A stretch of DNA of 64,000 nt from Eledone cirrhosa (GCA_964016885.1 OZ024740.1:317564001-317628000), one strand, 5' to 3'; positions 1 to 13,547 are shown, counted from the stretch's first letter. A program made the numbers and translations. Notes: generated by a model from the letters alone, not told the origin.

Positions 1-1185
1 CCAACAACAACAACAACACCTCCAACAACAACAATGACAACACCACCACCACCACCAACAACAACAACAATGACAACAGCACCACCACCACCAACAACAA
101 CAACAATGACAACAGCACCACCACCACCAACAACAACAACAATGACAACAGCACCAACACCACCACCACCAACAACAATGACAACAGCACCAACACCACC
201 AACAACAACAATGACAACAGCAGCAACACCACCAACAACAACAATGACAACAGCACCACCACCACCAACAACAACAATGATAACACCACCACCACCACCA
301 ACAACAACAATGACAGCACCACCACCACCAACAACAACAATGACAACAGCACCACCACCACCACCAACAACAATGACAACAGCACCAACAACAACAATGA
401 CAACAATGACAACAGCACCAACAACAACAATGACAACAATGACAACAGCACCAACAACAACAATGACAACAGCACCACCACCACCAACAACAACAATGAC
501 AACAGCACCACCACCACCAACAACAATGACAATACCACCAACAACAACAATGACAACACCACCAACAACAACAATGACAATACCACCAACAACAACAATG
601 ACAACAGCAACACCACCACCACCAACAACAACAATGACAACAGCACCAACAACAACAATGACAACACCGCCAACACCACCAACAACAACAATGACAACAG
701 CACCACCACCAACAACAACAATGACAACAGCACCAACAACAACAATGACAACACCACCAACACCACCAACAACAACAATGACAACAGCACCACCACCAAC
801 AACAACAATGACAACACCACCAACACCACCAACAACAACAATGACAACAGCACCACCACCAACAACAACAATGACAACCGCACCAACAACAACAATGACA
901 ACAATGACAACAGCACCAAAAGCACCAACAACAACAATGACAACAGCACCAAAAGCACCAACAACAACAATGACAACAGCACCAAAAGCACCAACAACAA
1001 CAATGACAACAGCACCACCAACAACAACAATGACAACAATGACAACAGCACCAAAAGCACCAACAACAACAATGACAACAGCACCAACAGCACCAACAAC
1101 AACAATGACAACAGCACCAAAAGCACCAACAACAACAATGACAACAGCACCACCAACAACAACAGCAGCAGCACCGACAACAGAA
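1..1185. repeat. Compound trinucleotide microsatellite/minisatellite (ACA/CCA/ATG/GCA units)
   Basis: Almost entirely ACA, CCA, ATG and GCA triplets with higher-order units such as ACAACAATGACAACAGCACCA; runs off the left edge of the window. Confidence 0.9.
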
Positions 1186-1207
1186 TAAATAATAATGATA
1201 ATGATGA

Positions 1208-1380
1208 TGTTTCTACTTTAGGCACAAGGCCAGCAATAATTAAACTTTATTTTATCGACCCCGTAAGGATGAAAGGCAAATTTAACCTCGGCGGGATTTG
1301 AACTCAGACTGTAAAGGGACGTAACTATGCTAGAAAGCATGGCGTCCAACCCTCTATCTATACTGCCAATTCCCAGCCCT
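1208..1380 (-). mobile_element. tRNA-derived SINE, short subfamily
   Basis: Minus strand has a pol III A-box-like TGGCAGTAT, B-box GAGTTCAAATCCC, central TTTGCCTTTCATCCTTACGGGGTCGATAAAATAAAG and 3' TGCTGGCCTTGTGCCTAAAGTAGAAAC. Confidence 0.9.
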
Positions 1381-1394
1381 ATATAATAATAATA

Positions 1395-1610
1395 ATTTCT
1401 ACCAAAGGTACAAGGCCAGCAATTCTGAGGAAAGGGGAAGTCAATCAAATCGACCCTAGTGCATTACTGGTACTATATTTTATAGTTCCCGTAAGGATGA
1501 AAGGCAAAGTTAACCTCTGCGGGATTTGATCTCAGATTATAAAGGGCCGTAACTCTGTGCTGCAAAACATGCGTCTGACTCTCTACCGATACTGCCAATC
1601 CACCGCCTTC
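1395..1610 (-). mobile_element. tRNA-derived SINE, long subfamily
   Basis: Same head and core plus the GGGTCGATTT..GACTTCCCC segment. Confidence 0.9.
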
Positions 1611-1856
1611 AATAACAATACTGATGATAATAATATTTCTTTTTTATCGACTTCAAGTCCCACATATGCAATACAACACATGTCATACAATGGCGGTTAT
1701 ATACTATGTAAAGATGTGTAGAAACGTAATGTCATATAATGAGCTCAATATTCATACATATAAGAACAATACACTTTTACAAGACCAAGGTTTGATCAAG
1801 TTATCCAACAAATCTCGCACAATTCTGTTCTCTGTTATCATTATCGTTTACCTGCT

Positions 1857-2040
1857 ATGGATTGGCAGTATCGGTAGAGAGTCGGACGCCATGCTTTCCA
1901 GCATAGTTACGTCCCTTTACTATCTGAGTTCAAATCCCGCCGAGGTTGACTTTGCCTTTCATCCTTACGGGGTCGATAAAATAAAGTACCAGTAATGAAC
2001 TGGGTAATTGCTAGCCTTGTGCCTAAAGTAGAAACAATTA
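1857..2040 (+). mobile_element. tRNA-derived SINE, short subfamily
   Basis: GGATTGGCAGTATCGGTAGAG...GAGTTCAAATCCCGCCGAGG...CTGGGTAATTGCTAGCCTTGTGCC. Confidence 0.9.
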
Positions 2041-3770
2041 TCTTTTACCTGCTAGATGCTCCCAAATTAGCCGTATGTATTTTTGGCCATATTCGAGCTG
2101 TTGTCGATAGGTCGCTGACATGTTTTTCAACAGCTTTGTCTCATCTAAGGGCGTTTGAGGTTCACTCCGTCCCATCTCCTCATCAATTAGCGAAGTAGTT
2201 GTATCGTCTTCTTTTAGGGTAAGAATTAAATCAATTAGGTCAGGGTTCTTCTTTCGAATTCCTGTAGACATAAGACACTCAGCAGCAGGGTCCGATGCAC
2301 TTCAGTATTTTTGGGGCCCCCTCATAAACAAAAAAATTAGAATACACAGAAAACTCCCAATTTTACATGTCAAAGTCAGTTTGACACAAGTAATTGGAAT
2401 TGAAAAGTTATACAAACAGGTATTAAATTAAAAAAAATCTAATCATCCTAAACCTAAAGAGCCCAGCAGAGGGCACAAATAAATCGGTACGGCCGTGCAG
2501 AGGCCCCGGGACCATTGTCCCCCACCCCCCATTAAATCCTGTCCTATCAGTTGCGTGTCTTTCTGCGCTCATTATATATAAACAATCTTCAAAATTGGGG
2601 AACATCCACTCAAAGATAATAGGGCACTCCAGAATAATAGGATCAGTTCATTAAACCTCACAAAATTAACTACTCCCACTTACATTTTATATACAATTTA
2701 CTAGAGTAGAATACTTATCTCTCCAATTTGATCTCTCGTTAGAAGCTGAAGAAATCGATGAGTGTTTGATCAGACTCTTCAGCTATGTCCACCTCATTAC
2801 TTCTCTCACCATAACTACCACAGAGATAAACATTGACTGCTCCTCATTGTTAAGAAAAATGGCGAAATAATCTTCTCAATGAACTCAGATGAGAACCGTA
2901 TCTGAACTTGTACGCGATATCAGATATTAAACGATCCACTAACAGTGAGCGAATGTATAGAGAATAATTTCGTCATTATCCGTACATCTCAGATGATATC
3001 GCACCTGTAGCGCTTCTACCGAACCGACTCGTGGTAGCTCTGCCAAACGATTTCCATCACAGTATATCTGAGTACAAACTGGATTCTGCTACACTAAGAA
3101 TTAGCTTCAATTCTCCACATCTGTAGAATACTTTTAACTAATCTAAATCAGAGATGCACTAAAAGAATATACACTAAACGCTATAGCCGAGATTTTGTCT
3201 TTCCGAAATCGTACAAGCTTGTGTGAGTTCGGCAACAAAACCAAGATAACAAAACGAAGACAAAACTGTGTTTAACAGTTATATGTCTAAAGTTATCCAC
3301 CATGTTTTTCTCTTCTTCCTGGTTCTTAGAAGGTATTATCGGTCTTTAGCACAATTTCATCATTTCAGCAAACCATATAAATAGGATTTAAAGTCCATTG
3401 CCTGCAGTCATCTGTACGAATAGTTTGAGAACCTGTTGCTGAAAATCCGCACAAGCCTAATAGGCATCGAACACAGTGTATCATCGATTTATTGTCACGA
3501 TACACCAATTACTATTATCAAACGGCGTTCGGGACCTCATGTTTTAGGGCTATTAAAGTTGATAGCATGTCAGCTGTAATCTCTTTCCTACAAGACTTTT
3601 CGATCTTATCTATTAATTCCTTTAGTTTAGTATTTTCTACCGCTAGTTCCTTATAGAAGTTAAGCAATTATATTGTAAATAGATTTGATCAATATTCCCT
3701 CCTTCCAAGGTTTCCATTTATTCTTCCATCGTTTTCTAGTTATTACCGTCCTTTATCTTCCTGTTGCAAG
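2040..3770 (-). pseudogene. Highly decayed LINE (RTE-like) remnant, interrupted by a probable hAT-type MITE (~2285-2545)
   Basis: Scattered minus-strand motif remnants only (EITADML, DKG..LE..W, NPDLIDLILT); MITE-like GGGGCCCC...TAAATCCTGTCCT end. Confidence 0.3.
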
Positions 3771-5019
3771 ACGAAGTATTAAAACGAACTGAAAAAGGAG
3801 CTTCTAAAGAACACAGATTTATTTTCTTCTGAGATCCAATAAAGAGAGCTTTGCTTGTCCCCGTCACTTTTCTGACTTTTGTTTGTCTATTTTCTTACCG
3901 CAGTGCTAAACTTGCTATTGCACCCATACTTGTTTAACTCAGGGTCAACTCTGATGGAACAAAACATTCTAGTTATGATAATCCAGGCTTTTTAACGGTT
4001 ATATAGGACTATATTTGCAAATGTACTCATCATTTACTTAAACCCAGCATGGTATAACTCGAGAGAATTCGACTGCTATTTCTAGAAGATCAAGCGACGA
4101 CGTAGAGGACCCATCGTTTGGTCCATAGTTGTTACTGTTGACTGTCATTACTGTTATTCTAGCATTGTAGCTTCAGTTCAGCTTTAATTAAATAGACTCA
4201 TGATCAAGGTTCTTCCAGTAGAAATCATCCAGTTATTTTAGGGACACAATATATCTAGGTCTATAAGAAGTCGATATGACTGAGCCGTTAGAGTGTTGGA
4301 TATTCGTTCCAATTCTCTGGGTTTTGAGGTCAAATCTCACCAAGCTTTACTTTGCCTTTCCTCCTTTCGGGTTTGCCAAAAATAGTACTAGCCTAGTGTA
4401 GGTACAGCCCTCTTTCCTTCTAACTAGCACAGCCTGGATATTCCACCGAATCGAGGGAGAGTGGTATCTGTTCTGGATTACATGGGAACCTAAATCTCTT
4501 AACAAAAACAGGGTTCATACAACAAAGTCAAACTCGATTGCGAATGGCGGCTGTAATTTTATATTTATCTACCTTATCCAATGTGTCATTATTTTTCAAA
4601 GATTGTATGATTTGAAGGTGATTTGGCTGCTAATCCATGCAGATTGAGTGACCAAGTAAAAACCACCTTGCTTTTGGCTGCTTCTTTTGCTGTAGTTGTG
4701 GTAGTTGTTTCCCTTCCAATACCCGTGACTGTGGTAGTAGTGGTAGCGGAGCCACTGGCAATCCGTATTAGGTTGGCCTTGTAATTATTGTTGCTGTTTC
4801 TGCTGAGTGTAGAAAGTCTTGACATGTACCGTATTGTTATACATCAAGAATTTCTCTGACACGACTTATGAGCACGTCAGATATTTTTTTAAACGCACCA
4901 GGTTTTATCACTAATAGTCATACTGGACAAATTTCCTTGGAAGGATGCCTAGAAGATTCTAATTTACACGTAATCCTCCATCATCTAAGGGTACAAACAT
5001 CAGTCCCGATCCCGGAGGC

Positions 5020-5270
5020 TCAACAAGCCGATGCTTCTCCCGGTTTCCGTGGCGCGAAGCAACTGAGAGTACAAGACTCTCCCCGAACAGCACGCCAGTC
5101 CATCGCAGACCCCAGCTATTGCTGATACTCATTTTTAGGTGAGTATACCAGAGTAACGTGAAATGAAATGTTTTGCTCAAGAACACAACACACAACCCAG
5201 TCCAGGAATCGAACCCACGACATTATGATCGTACGTCGAACACCCTTATTACTAGGCCACGCGCCTCCAA
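5020..5270 (-). mobile_element. CORE-type tRNA SINE
   Basis: GTGAAATGAAATGTTTTGCTCAAGAACACAAC (CORE-like, reverse) followed by reversed B-box GGAATCGAACCC; homologous to 17665-17930. Confidence 0.8.
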
Positions 5271-5594
5271 ACACAGTGGCGCATCCAATATCGGTAATCT
5301 AACCCACTAACGTCCCACATAGTGTGGAACCAGAATTGTTATTGTTGTTTATCCCTAGGTCATTAAGTAAGCAGACTTATGTTCAAATGCATTTTAACCG
5401 TGACCATCATGTCTTTTGCCTACGTGCTGGGAACTGAGGAATATAGTGTCTACCTTTTAAAAATGTTAGGTTGGGATTTAAGAAAGATTTGTAGCAGGTC
5501 AAGCGACCACGCAGATGCACATTTGTTAGTTTGGAACTAAAGTCGTATAGAATGGTAAAATGTTTGTTACCTTCTTGCTTATTAAAGAGCAGCA

Positions 5595-5785
5595 AAGCTT
5601 TAGGAAGAGCAAAGATGATTAAATCAACCCAAATACTTGACTAGTACTTTACTTTATCGACCACCGAAATGATGAAAGGCATAGCTGACCGTGGCGGAAT
5701 TTGAACTCAGAACGAAAAGAGCCAGAACAAATACGGCATTGGCATTTTATCCAATGGTATACCATTCTATCAATCACCACCCTTC
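5595..5785 (-). mobile_element. Older tRNA-derived SINE copy
   Basis: TACTTTACTTTATCGACC..GATGAAAGGC..GGAATTTGAACTCAGAAC. Confidence 0.75.
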
Positions 5786-5804
5786 TTGTTTTTCAATATT
5801 ATCA

Positions 5805-6460
5805 CCATTGGCAATATCTAGAGAGCCTCGGACAACATGCTTTGCGATATAGAGTTTTGGCCTTTTATTGCCTTTCACCTTACAGGGTCGATAAAAGTAC
5901 CTTGTAACGCAATGGGGTTGATTTAATCGATTTTTCTACACACAGAATTGTTTGCCTTGTGCCTAAATAAAAAATCATTATTATTAGAAACCATTAGTGT
6001 GGTGGATTGGCAGAATCCGTAGAGCGTCGGACACCCTGCTTCATGTCATAGAGTTACGGCCCTTTACGTTCTGTGTTCAAATCCAGCCGAGGTTAGCTTT
6101 GCCTTTCATCCTTACGGAATCGATAAAATAAAGTACTAGTAATGCACTGGAGTCGATTTAATCGACTTTCCCCTACCCTTTCTCCAAAATTGCTGGCCTT
6201 GTGCCGAAATCAGAAACCATTATTATTAATACCGTTAACTAGGGTGGTGGATTGGTAGTATCGGTAGAGGGTCGGACGCCATGCTTTGCAGCATACAGTT
6301 ACGGTCCTTTACAGTCTGAGTTCAAATCTCGCCGAGGTTAACTTTGCCTTTCATCCTTACGGGGTGGATAAAATAAAGCACCAATAACGTAATGGGGTCG
6401 ATTTCATCGACTTTGCCCTCCCCCAAAATTACTGGACTTGTGCCTATACTAGAAATCATT
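5805..6460 (+). mobile_element. Three head-to-tail tRNA SINE copies (~5805-5980, ~5995-6225, 6241-6460)
   Basis: Repeated head/core/tail; third copy flanked by 16-bp TSD ATTAATACCGTTAACT (6225-6240 and 6458-6473). Confidence 0.9.
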
Positions 6461-7742
6461 AATACCGTTAACTTCTTCCCATATAGGAGACTAGCTAATC
6501 TTATTGTCGTAGTATTCTTCGACTACTATCACTATTGTTGCTATTTCAAAACAGATGCCTTGCTATTATCAAACGGCAAATCAAATTCAAATACTTTCCC
6601 TAAAAGACGAGATGTTGGTATTTTACAAACACGTTCCTTTTCACATAATTCATGTATGGCAAATACGAGAAATGTTTGTTGAAAATTTACTTTTGTTCAA
6701 CATGTCAAAATGATGATGATGATAGTAATGTTGGTGGTGATGATGGTGGTGGTGATGACGATAACGATGATGACGATAATGACGATGATGATGACGATGA
6801 TTATGATGATGATGATGACGACGACGACAACAACAACTACAACAATATCAGCCACAGTAACAGCAACAACTACAACATCAGCAGTAATAATAATTTCGTC
6901 TCGTAGTCGTCAGAAATGGGCGTGTGATCGTGCAGCTCGGAAATGTTGGTTTCTCTGATAACTATCACATCGACATGTAATGGTCTGGAGTCGTTCAACA
7001 TGTGACCTTGCCGCTATATATATTCCACTTATACTTCGTACTTCAACTGTATAGTTATGTCTATCGAAAACAAGAAGTGAAACAGTGGAAAGGTCATTCA
7101 CCTAGGTCAGTGATTGTCAAGAAAGATCAGTTGATCCGGTCTTCTCTATAGCAGAGAAGATTATTGGTTTTTATTATAAACGACTCTCTAAAAGCCTTTT
7201 TATTTAGTTTTATTTGGAAAGGCTCAATGCCTCCAGGAACTTTATATTGTAAAGTTTTATATACATTGGAAACTATTCTTATCAGAATTCTGTCTACTGG
7301 TGTATTTTGGGGAGCTTTACAGATACCCCAGTTGCGGTCCTTTACAGTCTGAGTTCAAATCCCGCCGAGGTTAACTTTGCCTTTCATCCTTACGGGGTGG
7401 ATAAAATAAAGCACCAGTAACGTAATGGGGTCGATTTAATCGACTTTGCCCTCCCCCAAAATTACTGACCTTGTGCCTATACTAGAAATTATTAATACCG
7501 TTAACTTCTTCCCATGTAGGAGACTAGCTAATCTTATTGTCGTAGTATTCTTCGACTACTATCACTATTGTTGCTATTTCAAAACAGATGCCTTGCTATT
7601 ATCAAACGGCAAATCAAATTCAAATACTTTCCCTAAAAGACGAGATGTTGGTATTTTACAAACACGTTCCTCTTCACATAATTCATGTATGGCAAATACG
7701 AGAAATGTTTGTCGAAAATTTACTTTTGTTCAACATGTCAAA

Positions 7743-8822
7743 ATGATGATGATGATAGTAATGGTGGTGGTGATGATGGTGGTGGTGATGGTGGTGGTGG
7801 TGATGGTGGTGGTGGTGGTGGTGGTGGTGATGGTGGCGATGGTGGTGGTGGTGGTGGTGGTGGTGATGATGGTGGTGGTGATGGTGGTGGTGGTGATGGT
7901 GATGGTGGTGGTGGCGGTGGTGGTGGTGATGGTGGTGGTGGTGGTGGTGGTGGTGATGGTGGCGATGGTGGTGGTGATGGTGGTGGTGGTGATGATGGTG
8001 GTGGTGATGGTGGTGGTGGTGATGGTGGTGGTGATGGTGGTGGTGGTGGTGATGGTGGTGGTGGTGATGGTGGTGGTGGTGGTGGTGGTGATGGTGGCGA
8101 TGGTGGTGGTGATGGTGGTGGTGATGATGGTGGTGGTGATGGTGGTGGTGGTGATGGTGGTGGTGGTGGTGGTGGTGGTGGTGGTGGGGGTGGTGGTGGT
8201 GGTGGTGGTGGTGATGGTGGCGATGGTGGTGGTGATGGTGGTGGTGGTGATGATGGTGGTGGTGATGGTGGTGGTGGTGATGGTGGTGGTGATGGTGGTG
8301 GTGATGGTGGCGATGGTGGTGGTGGTGATGGTGGTGGTGGTGGTGATGGTGGTGGTGGTGATGGTGGTGGTGGTGATGATGGTGGTGGTGATGGTGGTGG
8401 TGGTGATGGTGGTGGTGGTGGTGGTGGTGATTGTGGCGATGGTGATGGTGGTGGTGGTGATGGTGGTGGTGATGGTGGTGGTGGTGGTGATGGTGGTGGT
8501 GATGGTGGTGGTGGTGATGATAATGATGATAATGATGATGATGGCGATGGTGGTGGTGATGGTGTTGGTGGTGATGGTGGTGGTGATGATAATGATGATA
8601 ATGATGATGATGGTGATGGTGGTGGTGGTGGTGATGCTGGTGGTGGTGATGATGATAATGATGATGGTGATGATGGTGGTGGTGGTGGTGGTGGTGGTGG
8701 TGATGGTGGTGGTGATGGTGGTGGTTGTGATGGCGGTGGTGATGATAATGATGATAATGATGATGATGGTGATGATGGTGATGCTGGTGGTGGTGATGGT
8801 GGTGGTGATGATAATGATGCTA

Positions 8823-8862
<40 letters not shown>

Positions 8863-8995
8863 CGATAACGATGATGACGATAATGACGATGATGATGACG
8901 ATGATTATGATGATGATGATGACGACGACGACAACAACAACTACAACAACATCAGCCACAGTAACAGCAACAACAACAACATCAGCAGTAATAAT
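7743..8995. repeat. Expanded GGT/GAT compound microsatellite (triplication copy 2)
   Basis: GGT/GAT/GAC/AAC triplets; homologous tracts at ~6710-6890 and ~9847-10960. Confidence 0.95.
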
Positions 8996-10549
8996 AATTT
9001 CGTCTCGTAGTCGTCAGAAATGGGCGTGTGATCGTGCAGCTCGGAAATGTTGGTTTCTCTGATAACTATCACATCGACATGTAATGGTCTGGAGTCGTTC
9101 AACATGTGACCTTGCCGCTATATATATTCCACTTATACTTCGTACTTCAACTGTATAGTTATGTCTATCGAAAACAAGAAGTGAAACAGTGGAAAGGTCA
9201 TTCACCTAGGTCAGTGATTGTCAAGAAAGATCAGTTGATCCGGTCTTCTCTATAGCAGAGAAGATTATTGGTTTTTATTATAAACGACTCTCTAAAAGCC
9301 TTTTTATTTAGTTTTATTTGGAAAGGCTCAATGCCTCCAGGAACTTTATATTGTAAAGTTTTATATACATTGGAAACTATTCTTATCAGAATTCTGTCTA
9401 CTGGTGTATTTTGGGGAGCTTTACAGATACCCCAGTTGCGGTCCTTTACAGTCTGAGTTCAAATCCCGCCGAGGTTAACTTTGCCTTTCATCCTTACGGG
9501 GTCGATAAAATAAAGCACCAGTAACGTAATGGGGTCGATTTAATCGACTTTGCCCTCCCCCAAAATTACTGACCTTGTGCCTATACTAGAAATCATTAAT
9601 ACCGTTAACTTCTTCCCATATAGGAGACTAGCTAATCTTATTGTCGTAGTATTCTTCGACTACTATCACTATTGTTGCTATTTCAAAACAGATGCCTTGC
9701 TATTATCAAACGGCAAATCAAATTCAAATACTTTCCCTAAAAGACGAGATGTTGGTATTTTACAAACACGTTCCTCTTCACATAATTCATGTATGGCAAA
9801 TACGAGAAATGTTTGTCGAAAATTTACTTTTGTTCAACATGTCAAAATGATGATGATGATAGTAATGGTGGTGGTGATGATGATGGTGGTGGTGGTGGTG
9901 GTGGTGATGGTGGTGGTGGTGGTGGTGGTGGTGGTGATGGTGATGGTGGTGGTGGTGGTGGTGGTGGTGGTGGTGGTGATGGTGGTGGTGGTGGTGGTGG
10001 TGGTGATGATAATGATGATGATAATGATGATGATAATGATGATGATGCTGATGGTGATGATGTTGATGGTGGTGGCGATGGTGGTGGTGGTTATGGTGGT
10101 GGTGATGGTGGTGGTGGTGATGGTGGTGGTGATGGTGGTGGTGGTGATGGTGGTGGTGATGATAATGATGATAATGATGATGATGGTGATGATGTTGATG
10201 ATGGTGATGTTGGTGGTGGTGGTGGTGGTGGCGATGGTGGTGGTGATGGTGATGGTTGTGATGGTAGTGGTGATGATAATGATGATAATGATGATGATGG
10301 TGATGATGGTGATGGTGGTGGTGATGGTGGTGGTGGTGATGGTGGTGGTGATGATAATGATGCTAATGATGATGGTGATGGTGGTGATGGTGGTGGCGAT
10401 GGTGGTGGTGGTGATGGAGGTGGTGATGGTGGTGGTGGTGATGGTGGTGGTGATGATAATGATGATAATGATGATGGTAGTGATGATGGTGATGATGGTG
10501 GTGGTGGTGGTGATGATGGTGGTGATGGTGATGGTGGTGATGATGATAA

Positions 10550-10730
10550 TTGTTTCTACTTTTGGCACAAGGCCAGCAAATACCCAGTACATTACAGGTA
10601 CTTTATTTTATCGAACCCGTAAGGATGAAAGGCAAAGTTAACCTCGGCGGGATTTGAACTCAGACCATAAAGGGCCGTAACTCTTTGCTGCAAAGCATGG
10701 CGTCCGACTCTCTACTGATACTGCCAATCT
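10550..10730 (-). mobile_element. tRNA SINE (short subfamily) inside the microsatellite of triplication copy 3 only
   Basis: Full head/core/tail on minus strand, TGATAAT on both sides; absent from copies 1 and 2. Confidence 0.9.
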
Positions 10731-10774
10731 GATAATGATGATAATGATGATGATGGTGATGATGGTGATGATGG

Positions 10775-10828
<54 letters not shown>

Positions 10829-11574
10829 CGATAACGATGATGACGATAATGACGATGATGATGATTATGATGATGATGATGATGACGACGACGACAACAA
10901 CAACTACAACAACATCAGCCACAGTAACAGCAACAACAACAACATCAGCAGTAATAATAATTTCGTCTCGTAGTCGTCAGAAATGGGCGTGTGATCGTGC
11001 AGCTCGGAAATGTTGGTTTCTCTGATAACTATCACATCGACATGTAATGGTCTGGAGTCGTTCAACATGTGACCTTGCCGCTATATATATTCCACTTATA
11101 CTTCGTACTTCAACTGTATAGTTATGTCTATCGAAAACAAGAAGTGAAACAGTGGAAAGGTCATTCACCTAGGTCAGTGATTGTCAAGAAAGATCAGTTG
11201 ATCCGGTCTTCTCTATAGCAGAGAAGATTATTGGTTTTTATTATAAACGACTCTCTAAAAGCCTTTTTATTTAGTTTTATTTGGAAAGGCTCAATGCCTC
11301 CAGGAACTTTATATTGTAAAGTTTTATATACATTGGAAACTATTCTTATCAGAATTCTGTCTACTGGTGTATTTTGGGGAACTTTACAGATACCCCAGTT
11401 GCGGTCCTTTACAGTCTGAGTTCAAATCCCGCCGAGGTTAACTTTGCCTTTCATCCTTACGGGGTCGATAAAATAAAGCACCAGTAACGTAATGGGGTCG
11501 ATTTAATCGACTTATCCTTCCCCCAAAATTGCTGGCGTTGTGCCTATATAAGAAACCATTATTAGAAAGTAACA

Positions 11575-11730
11575 AGGGCGGTGGATCGGCAGTGTCGTTA
11601 GAGCTTCGGATAATATGCTCTGCCGCATAGAGTTACAGCCCTTTACGTTCTGAGTTCAAATCCCGCCAAGGTTAGCTTTGCCTTTCAGCCTTACAGGGGT
11701 CGATAAAATAAAGTACCAGCCACGCACTGG
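11575..11730 (+). mobile_element. tRNA SINE, 3'-truncated
   Basis: GGGCGGTGGATCGGCAGTGTCG...GAGTTCAAATCCCGCC...GATAAAATAAAGTACCAG. Confidence 0.85.
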
Positions 11731-11949
11731 TTCATTAATATCATAAAATATCGCTAAAGTTATTGAAATATAGCAATCTAAACAACAACAACAACAACAA
11801 CAACACAGTTTTGTAGACTTTCCACAATACTTCAAGAAAACTACAGCAACCTTTTATTCTATTGGTGGTTATCGTCCCTTCCGTCAGATCTCAGTTGTAC
11901 TTTCAAACAACATTATATTTAGTCGTTCGTTTTGTTGATGCTGTTGTTT

Positions 11950-12900
11950 TTCTAACATTTATTTTTGTGTTCGCTTTCGCTCTTTCCTTTGTGGTTGTAT
12001 TTATGTTGTTGAGGGAGTACTAGTAGTGTGGGTGTGTGGCTATGTAAAGATTCCTTTTCCGCCAGGTAGAGCCTCCTAGGTTTTATATTTTGGAGGCCCT
12101 TTTCTTCTATATCTCCGCCCTCGTGCACAGACTGCTTCCCCCATGCAAAAACCTCGACTTTGTCGCACGATGAAATCTCAGCCCCAGAAAGGACCGAGGA
12201 AAATAATGGGAGAGGTATGTCTACGATTGTGTATACGTTTATGTTTGAGATTTGCTGCGGGTAAAGGGCACTGCTAGGAGGTCTCCTTTTTGTGACATTT
12301 GGGGCGCAGGACCTTTCGCTGTTGTTAATGGTCTTATTTCTTTCTGTTGCGAACACAAAGGCGTCATGTGTTTAGCGCTACCATATGTGTAACATCTGGC
12401 CCTTTCCCTCCCACTAGTACATTAAGTTGTGTTCCATTCTATTAGATGCGAAATCCTGTCCAGATTTTCAGCTTTCACCTGGATCAGGTACTTCGTCCCA
12501 ACTCACGATCAATGTTCCTGTATGTATTTATTTACATTCAAAAGCATGCCTTCTCTCTCTATGGCAAGGCATGCTACAACCCACTAGATGTTTTATTTTG
12601 ACTGCATGTTCCCAATTTTTATTCTTGTCCTACTCTTGCCCATGTATGTAAGGAATGAGGCGAAAAGGACCTTCACTCCCGTATGAGAGAGAGAAAAATA
12701 CTTCTGTGCATGATTTCAAAGAGGAATCTTACTTCGACATTGTCATATTATCTGTCTCTAGTGACGAAATATATCTCATTCCAAATCTCATTTAGACATT
12801 TTTCTACCCGAGCAGAAATTTCTTTTCTTAATCCTCAAACACCATTAAATAATTGTTCTGGTTGATGTTTCTTGTAGCACTGAGGGTGCAGCCCTTCTAT
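11950..12900 (-). pseudogene. Decayed LINE ORF1 (L1/Tx1-like) remnant
   Basis: Minus-strand fragments LTYMGKSRTRIKIGN and VLVGG..RARCYTYGSAKHM (decayed CCHC knuckle), with frameshifts and stops. Confidence 0.5.
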
Positions 12901-13009
12901 TTTAGCTTCATATTATGTTTCTGCTTATCTCAACTGTGCAAACTCGTTCAACTGTTTTGTTCAAAACTCCCGCAAAAGAGCTTTTACTATGGTAGTGATG
13001 CTGGGTTTT

Positions 13010-13247
13010 TTTTATGGTGGTGGTGGTGCTGGTGATGGTGCTGGTAGTGGCGATGGCGAGGGTTATGGTGTTGGTAGGGGTGGTGGTGGGGTGGCGAAGA
13101 TTGTGGTGGTTTAAGTGTAGCTGGTTGACAAATTGGTGTGAGAAATGGCTGGTCCGATGGTGAAGTTCGCATCATTAAATCTCTTTTTCCTTCTCTTTTT
13201 CATTGCTCTTGTTGTTGTTGTTGTTGTTGTTGTTGCTGTTGTTGTTG

Positions 13248-13279
<32 letters not shown>

Positions 13280-13335
13280 GGTAGTTGTTGTTGTTGTTGT
13301 TGCTGCAGTAGATGCTGCTGCTGTTGTTGTTGTTT
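13010..13335. repeat. GGT/GTT/GCT microsatellites
   Basis: (TTG)n, (GGT)n and (GCT)n runs. Confidence 0.9.
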
Positions 13336-13547
13336 ACATTGTGGATCGCTCTTATGTCCGGATAAGCCGGAAACTCCTTTTCACCAAAACGAAGATTCCA
13401 ATGTGTGATGTTGTTTATTATAACATAGTATTTCGTGCTGCTACTGCTGTCTGGCATGTTATGGCTGTTGTTGCTATTGGAATTGTTACTGCTGTCATTA
13501 TTCTCGTTGTTGTAAATAATGCTGTCCTGTTAATAGATTATAATAAT

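Larger units (their letters stand above)
6298..11560 (+). repeat. Tandem segmental triplication (units start at 6298, 7331, 9435; terminal partial SINE from 11398)
   Basis: Near-identical unique blocks (e.g. AGGAGACTAGCTAATC...CATGTCAAAATGATG and TCGTCAGAAATGGGCG...GATACCCCAGTT) repeated three times; unit lengths 1033, 2104 and 1963 bp differ mainly in the microsatellite. Confidence 0.95.

Noticed and set aside
34-1188. 384-aa Thr/Pro/Met mucin-like ORF
   Set aside because: Pure trinucleotide repeat with essentially one codon per residue, no unique domain, and it abuts a SINE tail; a mucin exon cannot be fully excluded because the left end is outside the window
1857-2040. tRNA genes suggested by A/B boxes in SINE heads
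   Set aside because: No cloverleaf; the boxes belong to a multi-copy SINE
7446-10641. Gly/Asp-rich (biomineral-protein-like) and Val/Met-rich ORFs
   Set aside because: Open in several frames and both strands because GGT/GAT triplets lack stops; length varies widely among duplicates and one copy is disrupted by a SINE
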